Shown here one piece after another: positions 38,571 to 51,429 of a stretch of 64,000 nucleotides of DNA. Numbering within the stretch: position 1 is the first letter of the stretch; every line of letters begins with the position of its first letter. The notes beneath the pieces are model-generated. The model did no database searches. It had not been told where the DNA came from and saw only the letters and a program-made list of their open reading frames with translations. The translations under genes were made by a program, and so were the position numbers. This DNA is from Mobula birostris (lineage: Eukaryota). Location: NCBI RefSeq assembly GCF_030028105.1, contig NC_092396.1, positions 21,597,820 to 21,661,819 on the forward strand. Reading direction: 5' to 3'.

Positions 38571-39744
38571 GGGCATAGAGCTTCATGGTGGGTGCACAAT
38601 GGTGTAGCAGTTCGTGCAATACTCTACAGTGCCAGCTGTAAGATTAGGGTTCAATTCCTGCTGCCGTCTAACAAGTTTCTACATTCTCCTTTCCAAGAAG
38701 ACATATGGTTAGAGTCAGTGAGTTGTAGGCATGCTATCTCGGCACAGGAAGCATGGTGACACTTGTGGGCTGCCCATCACATCTTCACTGATTTGATTTG
38801 AATCAAACTGTGCATTTCACTGTATCTTTTGATGTACATGTGACAAAGCTATTTTTTTTTCTTTCATTCAACCAGACAACAGAACATTTTAAATATACCC
38901 AAGGGTTTGAAATATTACTTGAGGTCCAGGTCCCCTGATCTCACCAATAGAAGAGGGAGTTGCAAGACCATTGTGGAAGAGCATGAAAAGCCAACGTGAA
39001 ATGATTTAATAGGTGTTAACCCAAAATCCTGGGGAGATCACTGCCATTGCCTGAATAAGATGTCTAATTGGTCCAGGAACTTCGCTGAGATCTTGAAGCT
39101 CTTGGCAGCAGCAACACATCTGACTGCCTCCCCTTGCTTAGCATTATTATGTTTGGCGTCGTGTTTTCAGGATCTTCATGCGTTCCCTCAATAACAGGGC
39201 CTGCTCCAAAACTACCTCCTGGTGTGCTTCCAAAAAATAAATTGGTCTTCTACAAAAGGAGTAACCATCGAAGTTATTAGGTCAACAGGAACATATGTAA
39301 TTTCACATTGAATTATTTGCAAGTTTATCGATGTCAGGGGTTAAAAATTTCTCTGTTCATCATGATGCAAAATGAAACGCCTAGTAGAAGATTGCTTTGC
39401 AGTGCCAGTGATCACCAATTCCTATCGCTGCCTATAAGGAGTTTGTACGTTCTCCCCATGACTGAGTTTCCTCCAGAAGCTCTGGTTTCCTCCCACATTC
39501 CAAAGACGTACATTTGGGATTAGTAAATTGAAGGCATGCTATGTTGGCACTGGAAGCGTAGTGCAATCCTCGCTGATTTGAATTGATGCAGATGATGCAT
39601 TTCTCTGTATGTTTTGGTGTTCATGACAAATAAAGCTAATCTTCGATTTTTAAAAAAAATCTTTGATTTGGTTTAAACCAACCTGCAATTCGGCAAGTAA
39701 CCAGTAGGTGGTAGAATTTGAAAACAAAACGAGAAAAGCTGAAA

Positions 39745-40325
39745 ATCAGAATCAAAATCAGGTTTTCCGGTAGCAGTGCGTAGTATTACTTTACAATAAA
39801 CTACAAGTTGCATTAAGAAATATATATTTGTTTTAAATGAAATGGCAGTGCAAACAAAGAGCAAAAAAGGAAAAAAACGATGAGGTAGTGTTTATGAGTT
39901 CAATGTCCATCCAGAAATCTGATGGTAGAGGGGAAGAAGCCGTTGCTAAAATGGTGAGAGTATGCCTTCAGGCCCCTGTACCTCCACCTTGATCGTGGCA
40001 ATGAGAAGAAGGCGGTCCTGATGATGGGGGTCCTTAATGACGGATGCTGCCTTTTTGAGGCCCCGCCTCTTGAAGATGTCCTCTGCAGGTTGGAGAGGGC
40101 TAGTGTCCAAGGTGGAACTGTCTGAGTTCGCAACTTCCTTCATCTCTGTCCAATCCTGTGCAGTGACGCCTCCTTACCAGACGGTGGCGCAACCAGTCAG
40201 CATGATCTCTACGCCACGGTACGTCTGTAGAAATTTGTGAGTGTCTCTGGTGACGGCAAATCTCCTCAAACTCCGAATGAGATATAGCCACTGCCGTGTC
40301 CTCTTGGTAACTGCATCAGTATTTT
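39745..40325 (-). mobile_element. Rex1/Babar LINE 3' fragment
   Basis: RQWLYLIRSLRRF, KKAASVIKDPHH; (AATCAG)n tail. Confidence 0.8.
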
Positions 40326-41686
40326 GTTCAACGATCAGCAGGTCTGGATGCATCAATGGGAAGAGTCTCAGGTTTGAAAACCCTTTGTCAGACCAAGGAA
40401 AGGGGGAAAATTCGGTCTTCAATAACACAGATTTTAACTCCCCTGAATGTTACAGAACTCATTTATTCTTGCACCATCAGAATTAGCCCCTTTCCTCTAT
40501 CCATCCTTCCCTAACCTCATACTGAAAACTAGCAGCTGCAGATTGTCTTTTTGTTCCAAGTTGGTCCCCCAGTGAAATCCACCATCAACATAAGACACTT
40601 CAAGTGCCAGAGGTACCTACAACTGAACTTGCTGTGCCACAATAGTAATATGGAAATAAAGACAGATCATCTTTCAAAAAGAGTGCTCAGATTATATTCA
40701 GTTTTGATCAAAGCCAGGTTGCCCTGATCACCAGTGCAAATTAAATACATTCCATCTTTGAATTAAATTGAACTGATCCTCACCAGAAGCACAGTGGGCT
40801 ACCAAGGATAGTGTTGGACTCAACTGTATTCCCCTTAAAACTGAGTGTATCCAATGTGGCAGTTCAGTTGGACAAAGCTGCCATCTTCACTAGAATTTTA
40901 CCCTATTAACATTGTACCTTGGGAAAGTAAAAAAAAAATCCAAGGAAGACAAAAAAGCATTGCTCTAGCATGGGAAACATCACTTCCAGGTTCCCTTTAA
41001 GACATTTACACTGACTTTGCTTCGTTACTGCAGGATCATAACCCTGGAATGTGAAAGTTAGATATTCATCAGATTGTTTAAAAGAAGTTTGCTTACTTGT
41101 CAGCAGGTTTTGCAACAAATTCTGTTTCATAAACAAATTATACCTTTTTTAAAAATCAGAAAAATATAAATGTTAGAAACATACAGGTTGAAATGTGCTT
41201 CCGAATGTTTGTTTGTATGGTATTACTTTATTTAGTTAGCTGCAAATATGGATAAAATCACATAAATTATGATGCTAATTTATTCCAGTTATGCTGTGCT
41301 GAAACTTTTGCATTGGCACCCAATCTGAGCTGGCATTTTCTACCAGGGGAAGCAAGGTACTCCTGCTATAGGGCCTGAAGAATCGACATGAATTCCTAAT
41401 CTGCTGAAAGTACGTATGCACATAAGGAGAAAACTCCATGGAACTTGGCTGTGATGCCTCCTAAGAAAACATGTGCATTAAAAATCTGTTTCATTTTTTT
41501 CATCACTTGACAATCTATTATTATACCTAATGTAAATACAAACGTTTGTTTTACTTTCCAAAAAGCATTTCAATAAATGTTTACCCTCCCAATTCTGATA
41601 TAAAGATCTAATTAGTTCTGTGATGTAAATGTAGTTAAGCAAAAGGGTTTCATTAAATGTTTACCCTCCCTATTCTGATATAAAGA

Positions 41687-42680
41687 AGTGGTTGAGGCAG
41701 GTTCGATATTGTCATTTAAAGTTAAATTGGTCAGCTATATGGACAGGAGAGGAATGGAGGGTTATGGGCTGAGTGCAGGTCGGTGGGACTAGGTGACAGT
41801 AAGCATTCGGCACGGACTAGAAGGGCCGAGATGGCCTGTTTCCGTGCTGTAATTGTTATATGGTTATATATGGTTCACTCAATCTGCGCTCACAAGGCAC
41901 GAACTTCAATCCAGACAACATCCTTGTAAATCTCCTCTGCACTCTGTCTATTGTATCCACATCCTTCCTGTAGTGAGGTGACATGATCTGAAAACAGTAC
42001 TCCAGTTGGGGTCTAAGTTAGTTCTTATATAGCTGTAACTTAACCTCACGGTTTTTGAACTCAATTCCACAGTTGATGAATGCCAACATACCATACGCCT
42101 TCTTAAAAACACTGTCAATCTGCGCAGCAGCTTTGAGTTTCCTATGGACATGGACCCCAAGATCTCGTTGATCCTCCAAACTGCAAAGAGTCTTACCATT
42201 AATATTATATTCTGTCTTCAAATTTGAGCTACCCAAGTGAACCACTTCACACTTATCTGGATTGAACTCCATCTGCCGCTTCTCAGCTCAGTTCTGCATT
42301 TTATCGATGTCCCGATGTAACCTCTGACAACACTCCAGACTATCCACAACACTCCAAACTTCTGTGTCATCAACAAACTTTCTAACCCACCCTTCTACTT
42401 CCTCATCCAGGTCACTTAAAAAAAATCACAAAGAGGAGGGGTCCCAGAACAAATCCCTGCAGAACATCACTGATCACCAACCTCCGTGCAGAATACAAAC
42501 CATCTACAACCACTCTTTGCCTTCTGTGGGCAAGCCAGTTCTGGATCCACTAAGTAAGGTCTCCTTGGATCCCATGCTTCATTATTTTCTGAATGAACCT
42601 TGTATGGGGAACCTTATCAAATGCCTTATTGAATTCCATATACACTACATCCATTTCTCTACCTTCATCAATGTGTTTCA
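41687..42680. mobile_element. CR1 LINE fragments (plus 3' end 41687-41875, minus ORF2 41880-42680)
   Basis: MEFNPDKCEVVHLG, EDQRDLGVHVH; CR1 tail AAGGGCC...CCTGTTTCCGTGCTGT. Confidence 0.88.
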
Positions 42681-43290
42681 ATGAACCTGGACTTCCTGGC
42701 CTTGAAGGTCATCCTAGCCCAGGTAGCCACGTTGTCCATCTTGCTTGGACATGGGTTACTGTGATGTTATCCATGAACCCCCCATGTTGCAGGGCTACAA
42801 CACTGGGCCTCAGGTTATGTCTGCTGCTGCTGATATGAGGAAGTTCATACCCGTGACAAACAAGATGGGGGAGATGGTACAGCCAGGTGGAATCCCTTTT
42901 TAGAGGACTTGCCACCCGGTCGTAAAGGGGTAGGCTGAGGTGAAGCATAGCTTGAATCCTCCTAGGTAGCTAGTGATCACGTTTCGTGTCGCTGGCGAGA
43001 TATGTAGTGGTCCAGGCCAACCTGGATGAGGATATGTGGACTAAAAAGACGACTGTTCGGTTGCCTTTCTTCTGCCTGGCCTGGTGGATCAACTGTCTGA
43101 TTATTGAGGTGTGTTCAAGGTACCCAGAGAAACCCGGGCTGCCACCTTTTAGGATGGATCTGTTGATATAGAGGTTCTCCATTAAGTAACAAGTTAGCCT
43201 TCTCTCAAGCAGTGGGAAGAATATCTTGCACTCCGTGCTAAAGAGGGAGATTGTCCTAAACTGGGTGATTGTGGAGGAATCTTATTGCTC
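42680..43290 (-). mobile_element. Hero-like (R2-group) non-LTR retrotransposon RT remnant
   Basis: RTISLFSTECKIFF, KGGSPGFSGYLEHT, GGFMDNITVT..QARW, WARMTFKARKSR. Confidence 0.72.
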
Positions 43291-43309
43291 GGGAACAAAG
43301 CATCCTTCA

Positions 43310-43846
43310 GCCATTTCAAATATTATTGGACTCTGGCATGGTGCCAGAGGACTGGAAAATTGCAAATGTCAGTCCACTCTTTAAGAAAAGAGGAAGGCAG
43401 CAGAAAGGAAACTATAGATTTGTTAGGCTGACCTCAGTGGCTGGGAAGGTGTTGGTGTCAATTGCTAAGGATGAGGTTATGGAGTACTTGGTGGCACAGG
43501 GCAAGATAGGATGAAGACAGCATTGTTTCCTTAAGGAAAAATCTAACCTGATGAATCTGTTGGAATCCTTTGAGGAGATTACAGGTAGGATACATAAAGG
43601 GATGTAGTGGATGTTGTATATTTGGACTTTCAGAAGGCCTTTGACAAAGTGCCACACTTAAGGCTGCTTACCACATTAAGAACAGATGGTATTACAGGAA
43701 AGTTACTGGCATGGTTAGGGAATTGGCTGATTGGTATGAGGCAGCAAGTGGGAATGAAAGGATCCTTTTTTGGTTGGCTGCCAATGACTAGATTCTGCAG
43801 GGATCGGTGTTGGGACCGGTTCTTTTTATGCTGTATATCAATGATT
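43310..43846 (+). mobile_element. CR1 LINE RT fragment
   Basis: VPEDWKIANVSPLFKK...GNYR, DVVYLDFQKAFDKVPH. Confidence 0.9.
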
Positions 43847-43848
43847 TG

Positions 43849-44160
43849 TGGGCACGTGGCCAAGTGGTTAAGGCATTGGACTAGCGACCTGAAAGTTGTG
43901 AGTTCAAGCCCCCCCAAGGCAATGTGTTGTGTCTTTGAGCAAGGCACTTAATCACACATTGCTCTGAGACGACACTGACGCCAAGCTGTATGGGTCCTAA
44001 TGCCCTTCCCTTGGACAACATCGGTGTTGTGGAGGGGGAGACTTGCAGCATGGGCAACTGCTGGTCTTCCATACAAACTTGACCAGGCCTGCAACCTGAA
44101 GAGTGAAGACTTTCCAGGCGCAGATCCATGGGCTAATGGATGCCTTTACTTTACTTTAGT
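43849..44160 (+). mobile_element. tRNA-derived SINE
   Basis: A box TGGCCAAGTGG, B box GAGTTCAAGCC, 240-bp body, (CTTTA)n tail. Confidence 0.82.
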
Positions 44161-45349
44161 TCCGTAAACCAGAAATTCTACACAAAGTTAAAATTTCTAT
44201 CAGAATGTCAACATTATTTTGAAATTGGATGCCAGAGCTAAAACAGCAGAAACAAATGTTTGCAAACAGTGTAGATGGCTAGGAATTGAGGTTTTTCATT
44301 TCCCCTCTTCCCTATATGTTTCTCAGTGAAACTTTCAAGCTAACTCTGCTAAACAAGTTCTCTTTTATGGGACAAATGTTACTTGTGAATTTTCACCTCT
44401 GGTCTAAATTCGGTCGGGTTCACGCTGATGCAGAGATGGGCTGCTTCACTTGCTGAAGAGTTGCAAATGGAACTGAACATTGTGTAACTCATCACTTAAC
44501 ATTCCCATGTGGTCTTACAATCCAAGAGAGGAAGGACAAGCACGCAATTTTTAATTGAGAAAGTAGACAAAGAATCGTACTATTATTTTACTAGTTCTAC
44601 TTTGAAACAACCCAAACTTGTCCTGCAGAGCAAGCCTAACAGCCCCCAATTGAGTCCTCCTTCTCGATGATGATGATAAGATATTGGACTAAAAAAGGCA
44701 CACATCTGTGTAGAAAATACATTCACTATTTGGTGTGACTCATGTGAAAGTCTTTTGTGACGAGGAGCTGTTAATTGAAGGGAGAAAGCTTGATGTCTAT
44801 GATCACCCAGTTTCAGTGTGTTGAGAAGCAGAATGCTGTCACTTTAATCACTGGTACTTTCTGCCACCCTGGTTCTTTTGGGCAAGAACTCTTCCATTGA
44901 TCAATGATTCCCAAGAAACTGCAGAAAGAGGGTGTCTGGGATCATAGAGCACTGTCCATCTGGCCAGCTTTAGTGTAGGGTACACACTGAACCAAGATTC
45001 TCAATTGATTTTAAAAAAACATTTATTTTATCACATAAAGGAAACATCAGCAAATCGGAATCTATTTTGTGATTCCAAAATTTGTACAATTATTTCCTAC
45101 AGCCATCAGCTGAATGCCTTCAGTCTTACTTCCTTGGGTTAGGAAATCGAGAAATATATCCTGGTAGTGTAGCAGTTAGCACAATGCTATTGCTGCTTGG
45201 GCATTCCAGAGTTTGGAGCCAATTCCGGTGCCACCTGTAAGGAGTTTGTCTGTTCTCCCCGTGATGCCGTGTGCTTCTTCCGAATGCTCCAGTTTCCTCT
45301 CACATCCAAAGACTAAGTTAAACTAACTTAAACTACATTTGGCAGTTTA

Positions 45350-47480
45350 GCCTAATAAGTTTCAACTGATTTGGCAGGGGGATGGGAACCAGAGTGATAG
45401 GGGTGTTAATTTACAAGCAGCGGTAGTGTATAGTGAGACTGTGAGGAAGGACAGACAGATCATAGGGAAAAATTGCAGTCAGTGGGATGGGTTGCAGTGT
45501 AAAAGGGGACAAAATCGAGAAGGGTGGCAAATGCAGGACTGAAAGGTATTGTATTTGAATGCATGTGGTGTACAGAATAAAACTGATGATCTTGTACCTC
45601 ATTTAGAGATTGGCAGGTGTGACTGAGTAGTGACTGAAGGATGATTTTAGTTGGGAGATTAACATCTAAGGATACACTTTGCATTGAAAGGACAAGTGGT
45701 AGGTGGAGGAGAAGGGGTGGCTCTGCTGGTAAAAATGAAATCAATTCCTTAGAAAGGGGTGACAAAGGATTGGAAAATGTAGAATCCTTGTGGGTAGAGT
45801 TAAGAAACTGCAAGGATGGGAAGATCCTGCTGGGGGTTACGTACAGGCCTCCAAACAGTAGCCAAGTTGTGGGTTACAAATTACAGTGGGAGATAGAAAA
45901 AAGCATGCCAACAAGGCAATGTTATATTAGTCATGGGGATTTCAATATGCAGATAGATTGGTGAAATCAAGTTGATGCTGGATCCCAAGAGAAAATTTGT
46001 GGAATGCCTCTGCGATAGCTTTTTGGAGCAGCTTGTGGTTGATCCCACTAGGGGGATCAGCAATTCTGGATTGGGTGTTGAGTAAAGGACTGGATATGAT
46101 TAGGGACCTAAGATACAGGAACCTGTAGGAAACAGTGATCATAGTGTGTTAGACTTCACCCTGAAGTTTGAGAAGGAGAAGTTAAAGTCAGATGTATCAG
46201 TGTTATAGTGGAGTAACGGGAATTGCAGAGGCATAAGAGAGGAGCTGGCCAAAGTTGACTGGAAGGGGACACTAGCAGGGATGACAGCAGAGCAGCAATG
46301 GCTGGGGTTTCTGAGAGCAATTCAGAAAGCACAGGATAGATACATCCTAAAGAAGAGGAAGTATTCTAAAGGCAGGATGATGTAACTGTGGCTGATAAGG
46401 GAAGTCAAAACCAACATAAAAGCATATAACAGCAAACATTTGTGGGAAGTTAGAGCATCGGAAAATTTTAAAAAACCAACAGAAGGCAACTAAAAAAAAT
46501 AAGGGGAGAAAAGGTGAAATATGAAGGTAAGCTAACCAATAATATCAAAAATTATGCCAAAAGTTTTTCAGATTATATAAAGAGTAAAAAAGAGATGAGG
46601 GTAGATATTGGACTGCTGGAAAATGTTGCTGGAGAGATAGACAAGGAAATGGTGGATGAAATGTGTAAGTATTTTGCTTCAGTCTTCACTGTGGAAGACA
46701 CTAGTAGTATGTCAGAAGTTTGAGCGTGTCAGGGGGCAGAAGTGAGTGCAGTTGGTATTACTAGGGAGATGGTGCTAGGGAAACTGAAAAGTCTGAAGGT
46801 AAATAAGTCACCTGGTCCTGATAGACTATACTCCAGGATTCAGAAAGAAGTAGCTGAAGAGATTGTGGAGGCATTAGTAAAGACTTTTCAAGAATCAATA
46901 GTTTATGGAATGGTTCCAGAGGATTGGAAAATTGCAAGTTTCACTCTACTCTTCAAGAAGGGACAGAGGCAGTAGAAAGAGTATTTAACCTGACCTTGGT
47001 GGTTGGGAAGATATTGGAGTCAATTGTTAAGGATGTGGCTTTGGGGTACTTGGAGGCACAGTACAAAATAGGCTATAGTTTCCTTAAGGGAATATCTTGC
47101 CTAACAATCTGTTAGAATTCTTTGAAGAAATAGCAAGCCAGAATAGAGAAAGGAGAATTGGTGGATGTTGTGTACTTGGATTTTCTGCAGGTTTTGATAA
47201 GGAGCTGCACATGAGGCTGCTAAACAAGATTAAGAGTCCAGGGAAATACAGGAATGATAGTAGTATGGATAGAGCACTGGCTGATTGGCAGGAGGCAAAG
47301 AGTGGGGAAAAAGAAAGTTTCTTTGAATTGGCTGCTGGTGACTAGTGGGTTCCACAGGGGTCTGTGTTGGGACTACTCCTTTGAACATTGAGGGGGAAAT
47401 GGATTAGTCAGGATGAAATGGCGGAACGGACTCGATGGGCCGGATGGCCTAATTGTTCTCCTATGTCTAATGGTCTTAAT
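45350..47480 (+). mobile_element. CR1 LINE, decayed APE and RT regions with 3' end
   Basis: VESLWVELRN, GVTYRPPN, GDFN..IDW, KSPGPD, VPEDWKIA; CR1 tail near 47400-47480. Confidence 0.9.
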
Positions 47481-47589
47481 TGATCATTGCCAAATGTCCT
47501 GTGATTAGTGTTAAATAGGAGGGTTCCTGAGCAGTGCAACCTGTTGAGCTGGAAGGGCCAGTTCTGAGCTGCGTCTCTAAATAAATAAA

Positions 47590-48180
47590 CTAGAAGACAT
47601 AGGTTTTGCTCCTGCTATTTGAACGATGTTATTAAACTGGGAAGAGTGCAGAAAAGATTAACAAGGACGTTTCGAAGACACTGGGGACTGAATTATGAGG
47701 AGACATTGGACAGGCTAAGATGGTGGAGACGAAGATGTGATCTTATAGATATTTATAAAATAATGAGGGGGAAAAAATAGGGTGAATGCATTCAGTCGTT
47801 TTTTTTGGGGTTAGGGAATCAAGAACTAGAGGGCATTGGTTTAAGTTAAGAGGAGAAAGATTTAATATGAACTTGTTGGGCAACTTTTTTTTTAACACAA
47901 AGGTTGATCAGTATGGGGAATGAGCTGCCAGAGGAAATAGTTGCAATCATAACTTTTAAAGCATAGTTCGACACTACTACTACGTTGACTCAGGCCAAGG
48001 GGGCCAGCGTCGATGACGGACTCGCCACTTCTTCCTCTCCCTCATAGTTGGACAAGTAAGCGGATAGCAAAAGGTTATAAAGTTATTGGACAATTGTGAC
48101 CAGATTCAACGGGTATCTTGGTCGATATGGACCAGTTGGAGTGAAGGGCCTGTTTCTGTGTTGTATGACTTTGAACCAAT
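47590..48180 (+). mobile_element. CR1 LINE 3' fragment
   Basis: RVQKRLTR and RTRGH motifs; AAGGGCCTGTTTCTGTG tail. Confidence 0.8.
47974..48042 (-). mobile_element. 69-bp RTE-like 3' end nested in CR1
   Basis: TSD CATAGTT(C/G)GACA at 47962-47973 and 48043-48054; (GTA)n tail; MRERKKWR end motif. Confidence 0.7.
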
Positions 48181-48209
48181 TAATACACATCAGAAGCCAC
48201 ATGTAAATA

Positions 48210-48560
48210 GAAAACAGCGTTCGGAAATCCGAGCGTCGTGAAATAAATTCAATAACATAAATCATCAATAAAGATTAATGTGGACTCACCGCGTAATGTA
48301 CACCAGTATTACAAATCTAAAAGAAAACGGCTGCCACGCCTTTCTGTGAAAGAAAAATTACCCAGAATCCAGATCGAGCCAGAAAGCCCTCTATCTCTGC
48401 CGGTTTGGGGCGAGAACACTGCGCATGTTCGGAAGTAGAAGCGGAGCGGTTGTCAGGGGTGAAATCGTTAGGAAGCGGACAGAAGGCTGGCGGGGTTGAT
48501 GCAGACAAAGGCAGGTAAAAGCCTTCGGTGTCAGGGCTCGGTTGTATGCAAACTGAGCGT
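48210..48560. promoter_or_regulatory. CpG-rich promoter of the zinc-finger gene, possibly bidirectional
   Basis: CpG cluster; NRF1-like TGCGCATG at 48420, ETS CGGAAGT at 48430; plus-strand donor CAG|GTAAAA at 48515 and minus-strand donor GCG|GTGAGT at 48289. Confidence 0.7.
48499..48514 (+). CDS. Probable first coding exon of the C2H2 zinc-finger gene (MQTKA-G)
   Basis: ATG CAG ACA AAG GCA G|GT; phase 1 matches the acceptor at 52812, giving a 310-aa product. Could instead be 5'UTR with start at ATG 52817. Confidence 0.45.
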
Positions 48561-50444
48561 GCAGTTTACTACAGAGGAAACAGTGACATATTTTCAAAGA
48601 CACTTTATTTTAGTTTGACATTAAAAATCAGTAGGTGCATTTTTATACTATTGGCTGAAGGGAAGCGGGCTGCTGGGCCCTGGCAGTCCCCGACGTTGTT
48701 TATATCCCGCTGCAGCCTTTCCCCGTCTACTAGTTGCTGTAAATGCGTGTGCGTTGTCCTCGCCGTGCCGGGTGATTTTGTGTTGTACACAGAAGAGATT
48801 CTGCATGTCTCTACCAGACCCACTCTACGCATTGGTGTCGAGAGCCAAAGAGGCAGTTTGCTAATTTCATTCAGGGAGAGGTGCTATTTCTCTCTCTCTT
48901 TTTCGCTTAGGATTGAGCTGGCCAGCTGCGTTTTACTGTTGCAGTTCGCCGACTCTGGGATTAAGTAAGGCTAAAGTCCAGCTTGCCATTTTTGATTTGG
49001 TGACAAATATTTCAAATGCCTAAAGTTGGGATGATGCTTGGGTGTGATGTCACCCACTCCACCCTCTCTCAGTGCTCCCTTTCTGTGATCAAGCTGCTCT
49101 CTAACTTCGCAGCTATAACCTGCCAGCATGTGCTCCTTCTTACCTCCCTCCCACCCCTATCCATTATATTATATTATTCTGGCTTCTTTCCCTTTGTTTT
49201 CCAGTCCGGTCTTGGCTTGAAACGTGGAGTGCTTCAAAGTAAATTTATTATCAAAGTACAAACGTACATATGTGTCACAATATACATCCCCGAGGCTTAT
49301 TTTCTTACAGACATACTTACTAAATCCCCTCCATAGATGATTTCTGGCCTGCTGAGTTCCTCCAGCATTTTGTGGGTGTGTGTGTGTATGTTGCTCTGCA
49401 CTTTCAGCATCTGCAGAATCTCCTGTGTTTATGAGACCTTGCAGCTAAGTTTTTTGGAGAAGGTAAATGAAAAATGTGGGAGAAAAGGGAACAACAAAAA
49501 AAAAATACAAAGTTGGGACTGTAAATTTACCAAAACCTATAATGGCTAGAATTGGAAATGAAAGTGTGCTGAAAATACTCAGCAGGCCAGACATCTGTGG
49601 AGAGGGAAATATTGGCAGTGCTGTCTCAAACTGGAAAAACAGTTTATCTGAGTATCAGTTTCTATGAGTGTAGCTGAAACACCATTGTTAAAGATTGGGC
49701 TTCATTGGTATTGAGAGGGAGAGATAGAGACTAAAAAACAGGTTAGTGGGATGAAGAACGGAAGTGACACGAAACTGGAAGGTGCTGATCTTGTGGGCTT
49801 CATGAAGGTATTCTACAAAACTTGGTCTATGATCTTCCCCTATTGGATTATAAGACCATATGGGGGATGTTAATTGATGATTACTCAGTTTTCAGTTCCA
49901 TTTGCAACTCCTCAGCGTGAAGCAGCCCATTGCTGCATCAGCATGACCCACACAGAACTGAGACGAAGTGAAATGTTGTAAGTAACACTCGTCCCGCAAG
50001 AGTGGCAGACAGTAAACATGTAATCATCTTTGTCACGTATATCCAGTCATCACAAACCTCACTCGGACCAGCCACGCGCGCGCACGCACACACAAAGAGT
50101 CACAAGAGCACAGAGGAGGCAGCGTATGCTGCGGTGATTGACTCTCCATCAAATATCCCAAAGACTTTCGCCACTTGCAAGGCTGATCTAGATAGTTCAC
50201 AATTGCCTGGATGAATGCAGCTGTGACACTGCTCTCTGAGCGTAATGCCATTCAGTTAAAACAGGTCTGCTTCGTTAATGTTCCATCTGCTGCAGTTTGT
50301 GCCACCAACGAATGCATTGCAGTCACGCAGGCTATTTCAAACGCTTCTACCGCCAAGAGCAACGGCAGCAGGTGCATGGTCATGCACCTCCAACCGCAGG
50401 TTGCCCTCCGAATCACTCACTGTCCTCACTACAAAATTGATAAG

Positions 50445-50850
50445 CAGGTGCTGGATATCCGAAGCAACACACGTACAGGGCACTGGAGGAAGCTCAGCAG
50501 GCCAGGCGGCATCTATGGAAACAAATAAACAGTCGACACCCTTCATCAGGAATGTGGAGGGAAAAGATGAGAAGTCAGAGCAAGAAGGTGGTGGGGCGGG
50601 GGGAGGAAACTCAGCAGGTCAGGCAGCATCTGTGAAAATGAATAAATAATCAATGTTTCAGGCCAAGACCCTTCTTCAGGACTGGAAAGGAAGGGGGAAG
50701 AAGCCAGAATAAAAAGGTGGGGAGAGGGAAAGGAAGATAGCTGGCAGGTGATAGGTGAAGCCAGGCAGGTGGGAAAGGTAAAGGCTGGATAAGGAGGAAT
50801 CTGATAGGAGAGGAGGGCGTACCATAGGAGAAGGGGAAGGAGAAAATGTG
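50445..50850 (-). mobile_element. Two tandem Penelope-like 3' termini
   Basis: CTCAGCAGG(C/T)CAGGC(G/A)GCATCT unit repeated near 50490 and 50608, each followed by a hammerhead-derived motif. Confidence 0.8.
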
Positions 50851-51198
50851 CAAGTGTTCTTGGGTCTAAATCCTATCATTCCTTACCAGCATTGTGGTAG
50901 TATCTTCAAGAAAGAGCAAGTAATAAGTGCTTATTGTGCCATTACTGAATAATTCCAGCATATTAAACTGCCTTGAGGGCATCTGTCATCAATGCTGTCT
51001 GGTCTGGGTAGCCCTTAAATGCAAATTCGTATTCTGCTTCAGATCTTCACCAAGCAGAAAGTGTATTACGGGCAATGCTCAAGTGGTAGCACAACATGTC
51101 TCAATAATTTTATGGAATTTAAAGCAGTCCTCATTCATGTTCTCATTTACTCTGTTTATAATGATTGTGTGGAAATATTTCTTGGGTAAACTCTTCTC

Positions 51199-51395
51199 AC
51201 TGCTGGCTGGTGGACTTCAAGGTGAGTGGTCCCAGGTTCAAATCCGGCCAGCTCCAATACCCCACTTTCCATCCATGCTGTGTTGAGCATCGAGCTAGCA
51301 ACTTGGCCTCATTTTTAAAAAAAACACAAAATGCTAAAGAAAGTGCAAGGTTGTCACCCGATGCGTCACAGGGTGCGGAGAGGAATAATAACAAC
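51199..51395 (+). mobile_element. Short SINE with 11-bp TSD
   Basis: TSD AAACTCTTCTC at 51188-51198 and 51396-51406; B-box GGTTCAAATCC; (AAT/AAC)n tail. Confidence 0.78.
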
Positions 51396-51429
51396 AAACT
51401 CTTCTCTAAGGCTGCATCTGTATATCCAT

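Noticed and set aside
43849-43920. Possible tRNA gene
   Set aside because: A and B boxes present but no clean cloverleaf or terminator, and it continues into a SINE body with a simple-repeat tail.
34879-48200. TAS1R3 or another coding gene between CPTP and the ZNF promoter
   Set aside because: No class C GPCR motifs or credible coding exons seen; a candidate minus exon at 38945-39050 has stops in all three frames. A tBLASTn would be needed to exclude a very decayed remnant.
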